A stretch of 42,307 nucleotides of DNA from a virus. How positions within the stretch are numbered: the stretch's first letter is position 1; each line of letters opens with the position of its first letter. The DNA is taken from IMG/VR virus record IMGVR_UViG_3300007345_000010; one strand, written 5' to 3'. The translations under genes were made by a program, and so were the position numbers. The notes beneath the pieces were generated by a model. That model did not search any database and was not told where the DNA came from. It saw only the letters and a list, made by a program, of their open reading frames with translations. This document shows positions 22,250-29,570 of the stretch, piece after piece.

Positions 22250-23113
22250 ATGGAAAAGCAACGAAGTGCAGAATGGTTTGAAAAACGCAAAGGCCGAGTG
22301 ACTGGTTCGGTCGCTGGCGCTATCTTGGGTCTTAATCCTTGGATGACGGCAGACGACGTGCTGCGCCGCATGGTGCGCGAGTATCACGGCGCTGAATCTG
22401 AGTTTACCGGCAACGGCGCGACTGAATACGGCCAAGCGCACGAAGAACAGGCGGCTTTTGATTATCAGCTTGACACAGGGCGCACAGTGCAGGAGTGCGG
22501 GTTCTTTACTTTTGAGGATTGGCTAGGCGCAAGCCCTGACGGCCTTATTGGCTTCGACGGCCTTGTAGAGTTCAAGTGCCCTTACAGCAAACGCAACGGC
22601 GGCGAGTTCAAGCCGCTATCTGAGCAGCCGCATTACTACGCGCAAGTGCAGATCGAGCTTTTGTGCGCTGACCGCCATTGGTGCGACTTTTACCAGTGGT
22701 CGCCGGTTCAGGCGGCAAGCCTAGAGCGCGTCGAGCGAAGTGACCAGTGGCTTGCAGAAAACTTGCCGACGCTAAAGGCGTTTCACTGCCGGTATCTTGC
22801 CGCGCTTAAGGCTCCTGCCCAGCATCTAGAGCCAAAGCGCCCGACCGTAGACAGCCAAGAGGCCCGCCGCCTACTGGAAGAAATCGACGAACTGTCTGAT
22901 GCTATCGACATGGCGACCGAGCGCAAAAAAGAAGCAATGGCCGCGCTGGTCAAGTTATGCAAAGACCAGAACGCCGAGGTTTGCGGACGCCTGCTAACCA
23001 ATGTCGAGCACCAAGGGAGCGTGAACTACTCCAAGATAGTAAAAGAGCACTGCCCCGGCGTTGATGTTGAGCAATATCGTGGCAAAGCGTCGAGCTATTG
23101 GAGGCTGAGTTAA
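22250..23113 (+). CDS. YqaJ-like (lambda Exo family) recombination exonuclease
   Basis: 287 aa. The N-terminal QRSAEWFEKRKGRVTGS motif and later D...EFK motif are typical of YqaJ nucleases. Confidence 0.75.
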   Translation: MEKQRSAEWFEKRKGRVTGSVAGAILGLNPWMTADDVLRRMVREYHGAESEFTGNGATEYGQAHEEQAAFDYQLDTGRTVQECGFFTFEDWLGASPDGLIGFDGLVEFKCPYSKRNGGEFKPLSEQPHYYAQVQIELLCADRHWCDFYQWSPVQAASLERVERSDQWLAENLPTLKAFHCRYLAALKAPAQHLEPKRPTVDSQEARRLLEEIDELSDAIDMATERKKEAMAALVKLCKDQNAEVCGRLLTNVEHQGSVNYSKIVKEHCPGVDVEQYRGKASSYWRLS

Positions 23114-24894
23114 TGGCATACCGCTGGTATCAGCAGGAAGCCCACGTTTGTGTCATTCAGCATGTGCGCGGCTCAGTTGAGCCGTGCCTTGTTGAGGCCA
23201 CGACCGGCGCGGGCAAGTCGCATATTGTCGCAGGCGTTGCCGCTGAACTGCACCGACTGAGCGGCGGCAAGCATGTTTTATGCCTTGCTCCGTCGAGCGA
23301 ACTGGTCACGCAAAACCGCGAAAAGTACAAGGCGACCGGCAACCCGTCTAGCATCTATAGCGCGTCCGCTGGCTCAAAGTGCCTACGCCATCCTGTCGTG
23401 TTCGCCACTCCCGGCACGTTTAAGAAAGTAGCTAAGCGCATGGGCGCGAAGTTCTGCGCCGTTATCATGGATGAAGCGCACGGCATCACGCCAACAGTGC
23501 GCGGCATCATCGACGATATGCGCGAGTCAAATCCAAACCTGCGCGTAATTGGCTTGACCGCCACGCCTTATCGCCTAGGAAGCGGCTATATCTACCGCAT
23601 GGACGACAAAGGCCGCGCCATGACCGACCATAATGCGCGTGACCCGTACTTCGCCAAGCTGGTTTATCGTATCCAAGCGCATACGTTGATTGCGGAAGGC
23701 TTCCTAACAAAGCCCAAGATCGGCGAAGTTGCAGAGCATTACGACACAAGCGGCCTTCACCTTAACGCTCGCGGCCAATTCGATGCCGCCGATATTGACC
23801 GCGCATTCATGGGGCATGGGCGGCTTACCTCAGCAATCGTCGGCGATGTTGTGCGGCGCTCGCAAAACCGGCGCGGGGTTATGTTCTTTGCTGCCAGTAT
23901 CGAGCATGCGCAAGAGGTGATGGCTAGTCTACCGCCTTCGCTTAGCGCGCTGGTCACCGGCGAAACGTCAAAGGCAGACCGCGCTGACATTCTTAAGCGG
24001 TTTAAGGCGCAAAAGATCAAGTATCTTGTTAACGTATCAGTACTGACTACCGGCTTTGACGCGCCACACGTTGACGTAGTGGCCATCCTGCGCAAAACCG
24101 AGTCTGTCGGTTTATTGCAGCAGATTATCGGGCGCGGCTTGCGTATCTGCGACGGTAAGGAAGATTGCTTGATTCTCGACTACGCCGAAAATATTGCTGA
24201 CCACTGCCCAGACGGTGATATTTTTGCGCCTGAGATCACGGCGGCATACAAGTCAGGTGAGTCAGTTCCGCTTGAAGTGTGCTGCCCCGACTGCATGACC
24301 GTGCAAGAGTTTACCGCGCGGCCAAACGATGAAGGCTATGCGATCAGTAAGGAAGGCTACTTTCTCGACTTGGAAGGCGAGCCAATACAGACGGACGCAG
24401 GCCCGATGCCTGCACACTACGGACGGCGATGCTTTGGTATTGACCGGCACGGCACGCGCTGCGGCTATCGTTGGACGCTTAAGCGCTGCCCGGTGTGTGC
24501 AGAGGATAACGACATAGCTGCACGGCGCTGCCATTCTTGCAAAGCCGAACTGATTGACCCGAACGAGCGCCTGCGCCTTGACTTTGCGGCGCTAAAGAAA
24601 GACCCTACGCGCTTACAGGTTGACGAGGTGCTAGACTGGAAAGTCAATTCAACCATGACACGCGCCGGAAAAGAGGCAATCACGGTTGACTATGTGACGC
24701 CATATCGCCAGTTTCGCGTCTGGCTTGCGCCTTATGCGAAGGGAGGCCAGCCACTTGCCGACTATCGCCAGTGGTACGAAGCGACGGACGGCGGCACCGT
24801 GAAGCCTGAAACGATCACTTACCGAAAAGACCCAGAATCAGGGTTTTATCGTGTGCATGGGTACTGGGAGGAAAAGGATGAAATTCAGCAATGA
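23113..24894 (+). CDS. Superfamily-2 DEAH-box DNA helicase with C-terminal zinc ribbons
   Basis: Motifs TGAGKS, MDEAH, TATP and QQIIGRGLR, plus CCPDC...CPVC...CHSC clusters. ATG at 23113 (TAATG overlap, GGAGG upstream) is preferred over the TTG at 23098. Confidence 0.8.
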   Translation: MAYRWYQQEAHVCVIQHVRGSVEPCLVEATTGAGKSHIVAGVAAELHRLSGGKHVLCLAPSSELVTQNREKYKATGNPSSIYSASAGSKCLRHPVVFATPGTFKKVAKRMGAKFCAVIMDEAHGITPTVRGIIDDMRESNPNLRVIGLTATPYRLGSGYIYRMDDKGRAMTDHNARDPYFAKLVYRIQAHTLIAEGFLTKPKIGEVAEHYDTSGLHLNARGQFDAADIDRAFMGHGRLTSAIVGDVVRRSQNRRGVMFFAASIEHAQEVMASLPPSLSALVTGETSKADRADILKRFKAQKIKYLVNVSVLTTGFDAPHVDVVAILRKTESVGLLQQIIGRGLRICDGKEDCLILDYAENIADHCPDGDIFAPEITAAYKSGESVPLEVCCPDCMTVQEFTARPNDEGYAISKEGYFLDLEGEPIQTDAGPMPAHYGRRCFGIDRHGTRCGYRWTLKRCPVCAEDNDIAARRCHSCKAELIDPNERLRLDFAALKKDPTRLQVDEVLDWKVNSTMTRAGKEAITVDYVTPYRQFRVWLAPYAKGGQPLADYRQWYEATDGGTVKPETITYRKDPESGFYRVHGYWEEKDEIQQ

Positions 24895-25291
24895 CATACC
24901 TGTATTTGGTGATACCAAGTGGCGCGGCGAATGCCCTAGCGAGTCAGCCGAGCAGGTGACGTTTTTTGGCAAGCTGCGCCGTGAATTGCCGGAACTGGCT
25001 GCGGTAGCCATCCACCCGCGCAACGAAGGAAAGCGCACGCACGGCCAGACGATGCGCCACAAGGCGGAAGGCATGACACCGGGCGCGTCCGACATAATTA
25101 TTCCCGGCTTGCCTGCGTTTGTATGCGAGCTAAAGCGCAAAGACCACACAAAAAGCCGATGGCAACCGCAACAGCCGGAATATCTTGAGCAGTGCAAAAA
25201 GCTAGGCGCTTTCGCTTGCGTTGCGCTTGGGCATGAGGCAGCATGGCAGGCTCTAAAGGAGTGGCAAAAATCACTAAAGCCCACACAGTGA
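24878..25291 (+). CDS. VRR-NUC domain nuclease
   Basis: GASDIIIP...VCELKRK (D...ExK) pattern. ATG at 24878 with GGGAGG upstream overlaps the helicase 3' end. Confidence 0.7.
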   Translation: MKFSNDIPVFGDTKWRGECPSESAEQVTFFGKLRRELPELAAVAIHPRNEGKRTHGQTMRHKAEGMTPGASDIIIPGLPAFVCELKRKDHTKSRWQPQQPEYLEQCKKLGAFACVALGHEAAWQALKEWQKSLKPTQ

Positions 25292-25382
25292 AAGTTCGCG
25301 GCTATGCCGTGTTCACGATGATTTTAACGGACGACGAAAGCCCGGAAGCGGTTTGCCGTCGTGTTTTTGGGGGTAGATTGGA

Positions 25383-25577
25383 ATGGATAGACAAGAATAC
25401 CGCCAACGCGCCTACGAATTCGCGCACCGAACGCCAAAGAAGTTGACCGGCGAACAAGTGCGCGATATAAGGGTGCGTGCCGGTATGGGCGTTAGTCAAA
25501 AACTAATGGCTGCGCAGTACGGCGTGCATAAGAACACAATCAACCGGGTAGTTAATTATTGGAGTTGGACGAAATGA
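25383..25577 (+). CDS. Small HTH protein (64 aa)
   Basis: ...GMGVSQKLMAAQYGVHKNTINRVVN... helix-turn-helix. Confidence 0.6.
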   Translation: MDRQEYRQRAYEFAHRTPKKLTGEQVRDIRVRAGMGVSQKLMAAQYGVHKNTINRVVNYWSWTK

Positions 25578-26089
25578 CAATGACCTTTGAAGAATTTAAA
25601 ACCAACGTCGAGCAATGGGCGACTGAGCGCGGCATCTACGAACACAGCACACCGCTAGCTCAGGCGCTCAAGGCATGCAGCGAGGTGGGCGAGCTATGCG
25701 ACGCAGTGATTAAGGGCAACCTCGACGCTATGGCCGATGCTGTTGGTGATGTGGCGGTTTGTTTGGTGAATGTCTTGCACATGAAATGCGCGCCGTTAGA
25801 CCTTGATTACATTTTTGGAGAAACACCAGCCAAAATTGACTTGGAAATTAAGCGTGCAGTCGCTGGAATCAGCTTTGCAGTTGGGAATGTCAGCTACTCG
25901 GTTGCAGAAGGGTATGACTGCGAACCGTTGGAAGAGGTTTTAGATGCATCCTTTTATGCGCTGCGCATGACCTGCATTGCAGCAGAACTAGACTTCCTAG
26001 ACTGCTGCGAAAAAGCATGGAACGAAATCAAAGACCGAAAAGGCCGCATGGTTCCGGGCGGGGCGTTTGTTAAGGATGGCGAGCAATGA
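25574..26089 (+). CDS. MazG-like nucleotide pyrophosphohydrolase
   Basis: About 171 aa from ATG 25574 (ATGA overlap). EVGELCDAV...DAVGDVAV acidic helices are typical of the MazG fold. Confidence 0.65.
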   Translation: MTMTFEEFKTNVEQWATERGIYEHSTPLAQALKACSEVGELCDAVIKGNLDAMADAVGDVAVCLVNVLHMKCAPLDLDYIFGETPAKIDLEIKRAVAGISFAVGNVSYSVAEGYDCEPLEEVLDASFYALRMTCIAAELDFLDCCEKAWNEIKDRKGRMVPGGAFVKDGEQ

Positions 26090-26721
26090 TTAAGCGATAC
26101 GAACTAAACCAAGCAGGGCGCGACTTCGTTGTCGGTGATATTCATGGCGCATTCGATAAACTAAGCGAAAAGCTGGAAGCAATCGGCTTTAACGAATTGA
26201 AAGACCGCCTATTCTCATGCGGCGATCTTGTTGATCGAAACCCCGGCAGCGTGGACGCGCTAGGCTGGCTTGCTAAGCCTTGGTTTCATCCTGTGCGCGG
26301 CAACCATGACGACTATGTATGTCGGTATTTAACCTGCGACCATGAAAATTGGATTTATAATGGTGGCGCTTGGTTTTTTGGGCTAAGCTCAGCCGAGCAA
26401 AGAGAATTTTTCGTCCAGTTTAATGAGCTGCCGCTGGTTATCGACGTCGAAACATCGTCAGGCTTGGTCGGAATCGTTCACGCTGACCCGATAGTTTCAG
26501 ATTGGGGCGATCTGTCTGCCTTCATGAGTAATCGCAACCGCCAACGGCTAATGTGGTCGCGCGAGCGATTTGAGAGCGAAAACACCTCCACAGTTACCGG
26601 CATTGCGCGCGTCTATTGTGGGCATACGCCGGTGCATGAGCCTGTAACGCTAGGCAACGTGCACCATATCGACACAGCGGGATGGCATAGCAGCGGCTAC
26701 TTTACTGTCATTCAGCTTTAA
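26086..26721 (+). CDS. Ser/Thr protein phosphatase, lambda PPase/NinI-like metallophosphoesterase
   Basis: Ordered motifs GDIHG, GDLVDR, GNHD and GHT. Confidence 0.8.
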   Translation: MIKRYELNQAGRDFVVGDIHGAFDKLSEKLEAIGFNELKDRLFSCGDLVDRNPGSVDALGWLAKPWFHPVRGNHDDYVCRYLTCDHENWIYNGGAWFFGLSSAEQREFFVQFNELPLVIDVETSSGLVGIVHADPIVSDWGDLSAFMSNRNRQRLMWSRERFESENTSTVTGIARVYCGHTPVHEPVTLGNVHHIDTAGWHSSGYFTVIQL

Positions 26722-27148
26722 GGATAGCCTGACAAGCGGCTAGTTTGTTTTCTAGCCGCACGGCTCCTGCTCGCAAGTCTCGAACAAGCCGTCTATGATC
26801 GGCGTCAAGCTCGGCTCGGGCGCTAGAATCCACGCCGGAATCTCCGGCTTCGGGCACTGCGGGACAGGCTGCGCGGATGAACACGCGCTGAGTAGCAGGC
26901 TCAGGGATAGCAGCCAGCCCAGCTTGTATCTTGTCGTGATAATACTGCTCAATCTTGGCCACCTCTTTTTGCGCTTTGGTCTGCTCGGCTTGTAGGTCTT
27001 GCGCGGCTTCTGCCTTTGCCTGTGCTGCGTCGCGCTCCATTCGACTGACTACGGCGTCATGCCACAAGTAAACCGCCAGCGCGCCAGCTAGGGCGCTTGC
27101 GGCGTAGGGCAATGCCTTAAGATAAGAAGAGGACACGCTGAGCCTCAC
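26708..27148 (-). CDS. i-spanin (Rz-like)
   Basis: N-terminal TM helix then a charged coiled-coil. It overlaps the endolysin 3' end and fully contains the o-spanin frame. The start is GTG at 27148 or GTG at 27136 (GAGG upstream). Confidence 0.7.
   Translation of the reverse strand: MRLSVSSSYLKALPYAASALAGALAVYLWHDAVVSRMERDAAQAKAEAAQDLQAEQTKAQKEVAKIEQYYHDKIQAGLAAIPEPATQRVFIRAACPAVPEAGDSGVDSSARAELDADHRRLVRDLRAGAVRLENKLAACQAILKAE
26752..26952 (-). CDS. o-spanin (Rz1-like lipoprotein), embedded in the i-spanin gene
   Basis: Lipobox LLSAC and a Pro-rich mature part. TTG start preceded by AAGAGGTGG 6 nt upstream. Confidence 0.7.
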   Translation of the reverse strand: MSSIITTRYKLGWLLSLSLLLSACSSAQPVPQCPKPEIPAWILAPEPSLTPIIDGLFETCEQEPCG

Positions 27149-27542
27149 ACCGTCTGGTTAATCCGGCCAACACTTTGCCGCCTGCTTTATTCCATCTGGC
27201 GAACTCGCGCGCCGCGCCTTCAATGTCGCCGCCCTTGGCTTTGCGTAGCAGTGTCGAGCGCTCGAACGCGCCAACCCCGACGTTAAACGAAAAACTGACC
27301 AGCGCGTCAAATTGGCTTTGTGTTGCGTTTGGAAGGTGTCGATCTACGGCCAGCTCGAAGCGCACAAGGTCGGACGCCAGTAGCCTGTCTGCGTGCTCTT
27401 GTGTGATAGTCTCGCCGATTTTAACGCCGCCCGTGTGGCCATAGCCTATGGTCGGCACGCCAGCTGGGCATAAGTAGGCTGTAAGGTTGCAGCCCTCAAA
27501 GCGTTTGATTAAGTCGATACCGCGCTGGCTAGTCTTTTTCAT
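27117..27542 (-). CDS. Endolysin, GH24 T4/P22-type lysozyme
   Basis: 141 aa with an E-x8-C-x5-T catalytic arrangement (RFEGCNLTAYLCPAGVPTIGYGH). No N-terminal TM/SAR segment. Confidence 0.85.
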   Translation of the reverse strand: MKKTSQRGIDLIKRFEGCNLTAYLCPAGVPTIGYGHTGGVKIGETITQEHADRLLASDLVRFELAVDRHLPNATQSQFDALVSFSFNVGVGAFERSTLLRKAKGGDIEGAAREFARWNKAGGKVLAGLTRRCEAQRVLFLS

Positions 27543-27564
27543 GCCTAAATTTTACCACTCCCCC

Positions 27565-27592
27565 TTGACACTGCGCCAGTGGGCGCTATAGT
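27565..27592 (+). promoter_or_regulatory. Sigma70-type promoter P9: TTGACA-N16-TATAGT
   Basis: -35 at 27565-27570 and -10 at 27587-27592, 35 nt upstream of the ATG at 27627. Confidence 0.7.
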
Positions 27593-27626
27593 TCGCCGTA
27601 CAAATCAAAAACAGAGGGATGTAGCA

Positions 27627-27812
27627 ATGAACCTAACCCCAAAAGAATTCGCCATGCTGGTGACGCTGATCATGCTGTTTTTTGCTGCTGGCATAGTCGA
27701 GACTGCCCCGGTTGCCGTTACTGGGTTTATCGTTGTCGCCTGCATGGTGTCGGCATTCACGATTATCTACCTAACCTTGAAAGAGGAGGCGCGCGAAAAT
27801 GATGATGTATGA
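27627..27812 (+). CDS. Two-TM small membrane protein (61 aa), class II holin-like
   Basis: AGAGGGA RBS. Two hydrophobic helices and a charged tail KEEARENDDV. It is transcribed divergently from the endolysin. Confidence 0.5.
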   Translation: MNLTPKEFAMLVTLIMLFFAAGIVETAPVAVTGFIVVACMVSAFTIIYLTLKEEARENDDV

Positions 27813-27996
27813 CTTGAAAGCGCTGCTCGACGAAATGCTGACAGCGCAAGCAATGTACCTTAGCGCGCCGCACGGGCGCGAGGCTGACGAATGGTGCGCA
27901 AAGTACCGAAAAGCGCACAAGGCCTACGCAAAAGCCTGCATGAATCACGTTACCGAGCTGCTAACCGATGAACCAAGCACAAAAGGCGAGCTATGA
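27799..27996 (+). CDS. Hypothetical protein (65 aa)
   Basis: AAGAGGAGG RBS. It overlaps the upstream gene by 14 nt. Confidence 0.65.
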   Translation: MMMYDLKALLDEMLTAQAMYLSAPHGREADEWCAKYRKAHKAYAKACMNHVTELLTDEPSTKGEL

Positions 27997-28183
27997 AGCT
28001 GGAAAACTCGCCCACGTCTACGGCGTGCCAGAATTAGCAATCGACCACGTTAGAGGCGAGCCTAAGACGTTCTGGCTTGCTGGATGGCATGATATGCGAG
28101 CCGAGCTGGTGCGAGTGCGATCACAAGCTAACCGGAACCGGCGCAGTGTTCTTTCAGAGTCTAGGCTGGCTGTACTGCAATAA
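27968..28183 (+). CDS. Rmf/CrpP-fold-like small protein
   Basis: 71 aa. SYEAGKLAH...FWLAGWHD mirrors the YQAG...WLGGWRE core of ribosome modulation factor/CrpP-type proteins. Confidence 0.5.
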   Translation: MNQAQKASYEAGKLAHVYGVPELAIDHVRGEPKTFWLAGWHDMRAELVRVRSQANRNRRSVLSESRLAVLQ

Positions 28184-28207
28184 CTGCCGAGGATGGCAAG
28201 CAATAAG

Positions 28208-28232
28208 AAAGCCCCTCAAGTGAGGGGCTTTT
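28208..28232. terminator. Bidirectional rho-independent terminator between convergent operons
   Basis: GCCCCTC-AAGT-GAGGGGC (28211-28228) flanked by A- and T-runs, between stops at 28183 (+) and 28235 (-). Confidence 0.8.
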
Positions 28233-28234
28233 GT

Positions 28235-28792
28235 TTAGTCGCCGTATGATTTGAGCGGGTTGACCGTATCAACGAGCTGAGCAAATCCGTAGCGCTCAAA
28301 CTTATCGGTGAGCAACTTCCAGCCCAGACGGACGCGAAGGCAGCGCGAGCCAGGCCAAGGCAGCACAGCGTACAACTCAAAGGCATACAGCTTGTTATTG
28401 CGATAAGCGCGCACAAAGTACCATCCCGGCACCTTGTACTTGTCGCTAATGTCTTGCTTGCCTTTAATCTTAAGCGTGATGCCTGTCTTGTACTCGACAG
28501 ACGCGCGCCGCTGAAAGCCGTAAAGCGGGTTTCGCAGCATCCACACTACGCGATTGACGTAACCCTTAAAGCCGGTGGTCACTCCGATAAACGGCGCGCG
28601 CTTGCGCACATAACCTTCGTCACCCTGCGGTGGGTTATCGTAAGTGCCGTACAAGCCGCCCCAGCTATACGGTGCTAAGCCATAGGGCTGCTCACTGGTA
28701 CGCGCCGCAACGATCAGTGCCGCAAAAGGAACGGTAAGCAGCAGCGCATAGTCCAGCAGCGCAAGGGCAAACCATCTTAGGTAAAGTGCCAT
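28235..28792 (-). CDS. N-terminally membrane-anchored hypothetical protein (185 aa)
   Basis: ATG at 28792 with a GAAGGAGG RBS. TM helix LRWFALALLDYALLLTVPFAALIVAA. Last gene of the tail operon. Confidence 0.65.
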   Translation of the reverse strand: MALYLRWFALALLDYALLLTVPFAALIVAARTSEQPYGLAPYSWGGLYGTYDNPPQGDEGYVRKRAPFIGVTTGFKGYVNRVVWMLRNPLYGFQRRASVEYKTGITLKIKGKQDISDKYKVPGWYFVRAYRNNKLYAFELYAVLPWPGSRCLRVRLGWKLLTDKFERYGFAQLVDTVNPLKSYGD

Positions 28793-29196
28793 AAAGCAAC
28801 CTCCTTCACTGCGACAGGGCTGTAGATCACGCCGCGCGGGATTCCAAGCGCATTGGCGCACCACTCTGAGCAGAATTGCGCCTCGCGCATAGATTGGCCA
28901 CGGTTAAATATTTGCGACGTTAGCAGCGACAGCAAGCCGTAGCGGTGATGGTCGGTCACCAGAAAGTAATCCTCGACAGACTCAGCACTGACTCCCGGCA
29001 AGTCGAACAAATTCCACTTACCGTCGAGCAAGTCTATTTTCTTCCGGCGAACGCCGCCATCCATCAGCGACGACGAATAGCACCAGTCGCCCACGACTAG
29101 CTCACAATGCGAATACTGGCTCCCAGTCCAAGCGCGGACGGCTGCGTTAAACAGCCGCCCTTTGCCTTTGTACATTGCTAAGCGCACTGGGGTCAT
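28777..29196 (-). CDS. Permuted papain-fold (YiiX/NlpC-P60-like) putative hydrolase or acyltransferase
   Basis: 139 aa. His-containing YSHCELVV precedes the Cys-containing QFCSEWCANALG, the order seen in permuted NlpC/P60-type enzymes. Confidence 0.45.
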   Translation of the reverse strand: MTPVRLAMYKGKGRLFNAAVRAWTGSQYSHCELVVGDWCYSSSLMDGGVRRKKIDLLDGKWNLFDLPGVSAESVEDYFLVTDHHRYGLLSLLTSQIFNRGQSMREAQFCSEWCANALGIPRGVIYSPVAVKEVALWHFT

Positions 29197-29570
29197 AGCT
29201 GGGCTGCTCGGACAAATAAGGCGTCTAGCGCTGCACTGTCAAGGCCGAGAATCGCTCCAAGCTGCAAGACGAATTCCTTGTTCCGGTGAACTTCGCTGGA
29301 ATAGTCCCACTCGATTTGTACGGCGGTTTTCGGCGGGTCTTGCAGCGAATCAATAGCCGTCTGAACTTGACTTAGCAGGCCAGCTTCGTGCAAAGCCAAG
29401 CGAGCCTGCCGCATAGTCACGCGATCTGGCACGGTGACAACAGGCGGCGGATTAAGATGCGCGTCGATTTCCTCGGGCGTCATGGGCGTCTTGTCGTCAG
29501 CCAAGCCCATAGCAACCTGCTCGGCGTCGTAGGCGAATACTTCGCCGGAGTTTGATTTGTAGTAATTCAT
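29193..29570 (-). CDS. Tail fibre assembly chaperone
   Basis: 125 aa from ATG 29570 (TAATG overlap with the fibre gene). The N-terminus MNYYKSNSGEVFAYD resembles P2/Mu-type Tfa proteins. Confidence 0.65.
   Translation of the reverse strand: MNYYKSNSGEVFAYDAEQVAMGLADDKTPMTPEEIDAHLNPPPVVTVPDRVTMRQARLALHEAGLLSQVQTAIDSLQDPPKTAVQIEWDYSSEVHRNKEFVLQLGAILGLDSAALDALFVRAAQL

Noticed and set aside
25243-25446. 67-aa ORF bridging the VRR-NUC gene and the HTH gene (a possible 42-aa version starts at the internal ATG, MILTDDESPEAV...)
   Set aside because: The long form overlaps the VRR-NUC 3' end, and no clear RBS precedes the internal ATG. It might be a real mini-gene filling the 25292-25382 gap, but I cannot support it.
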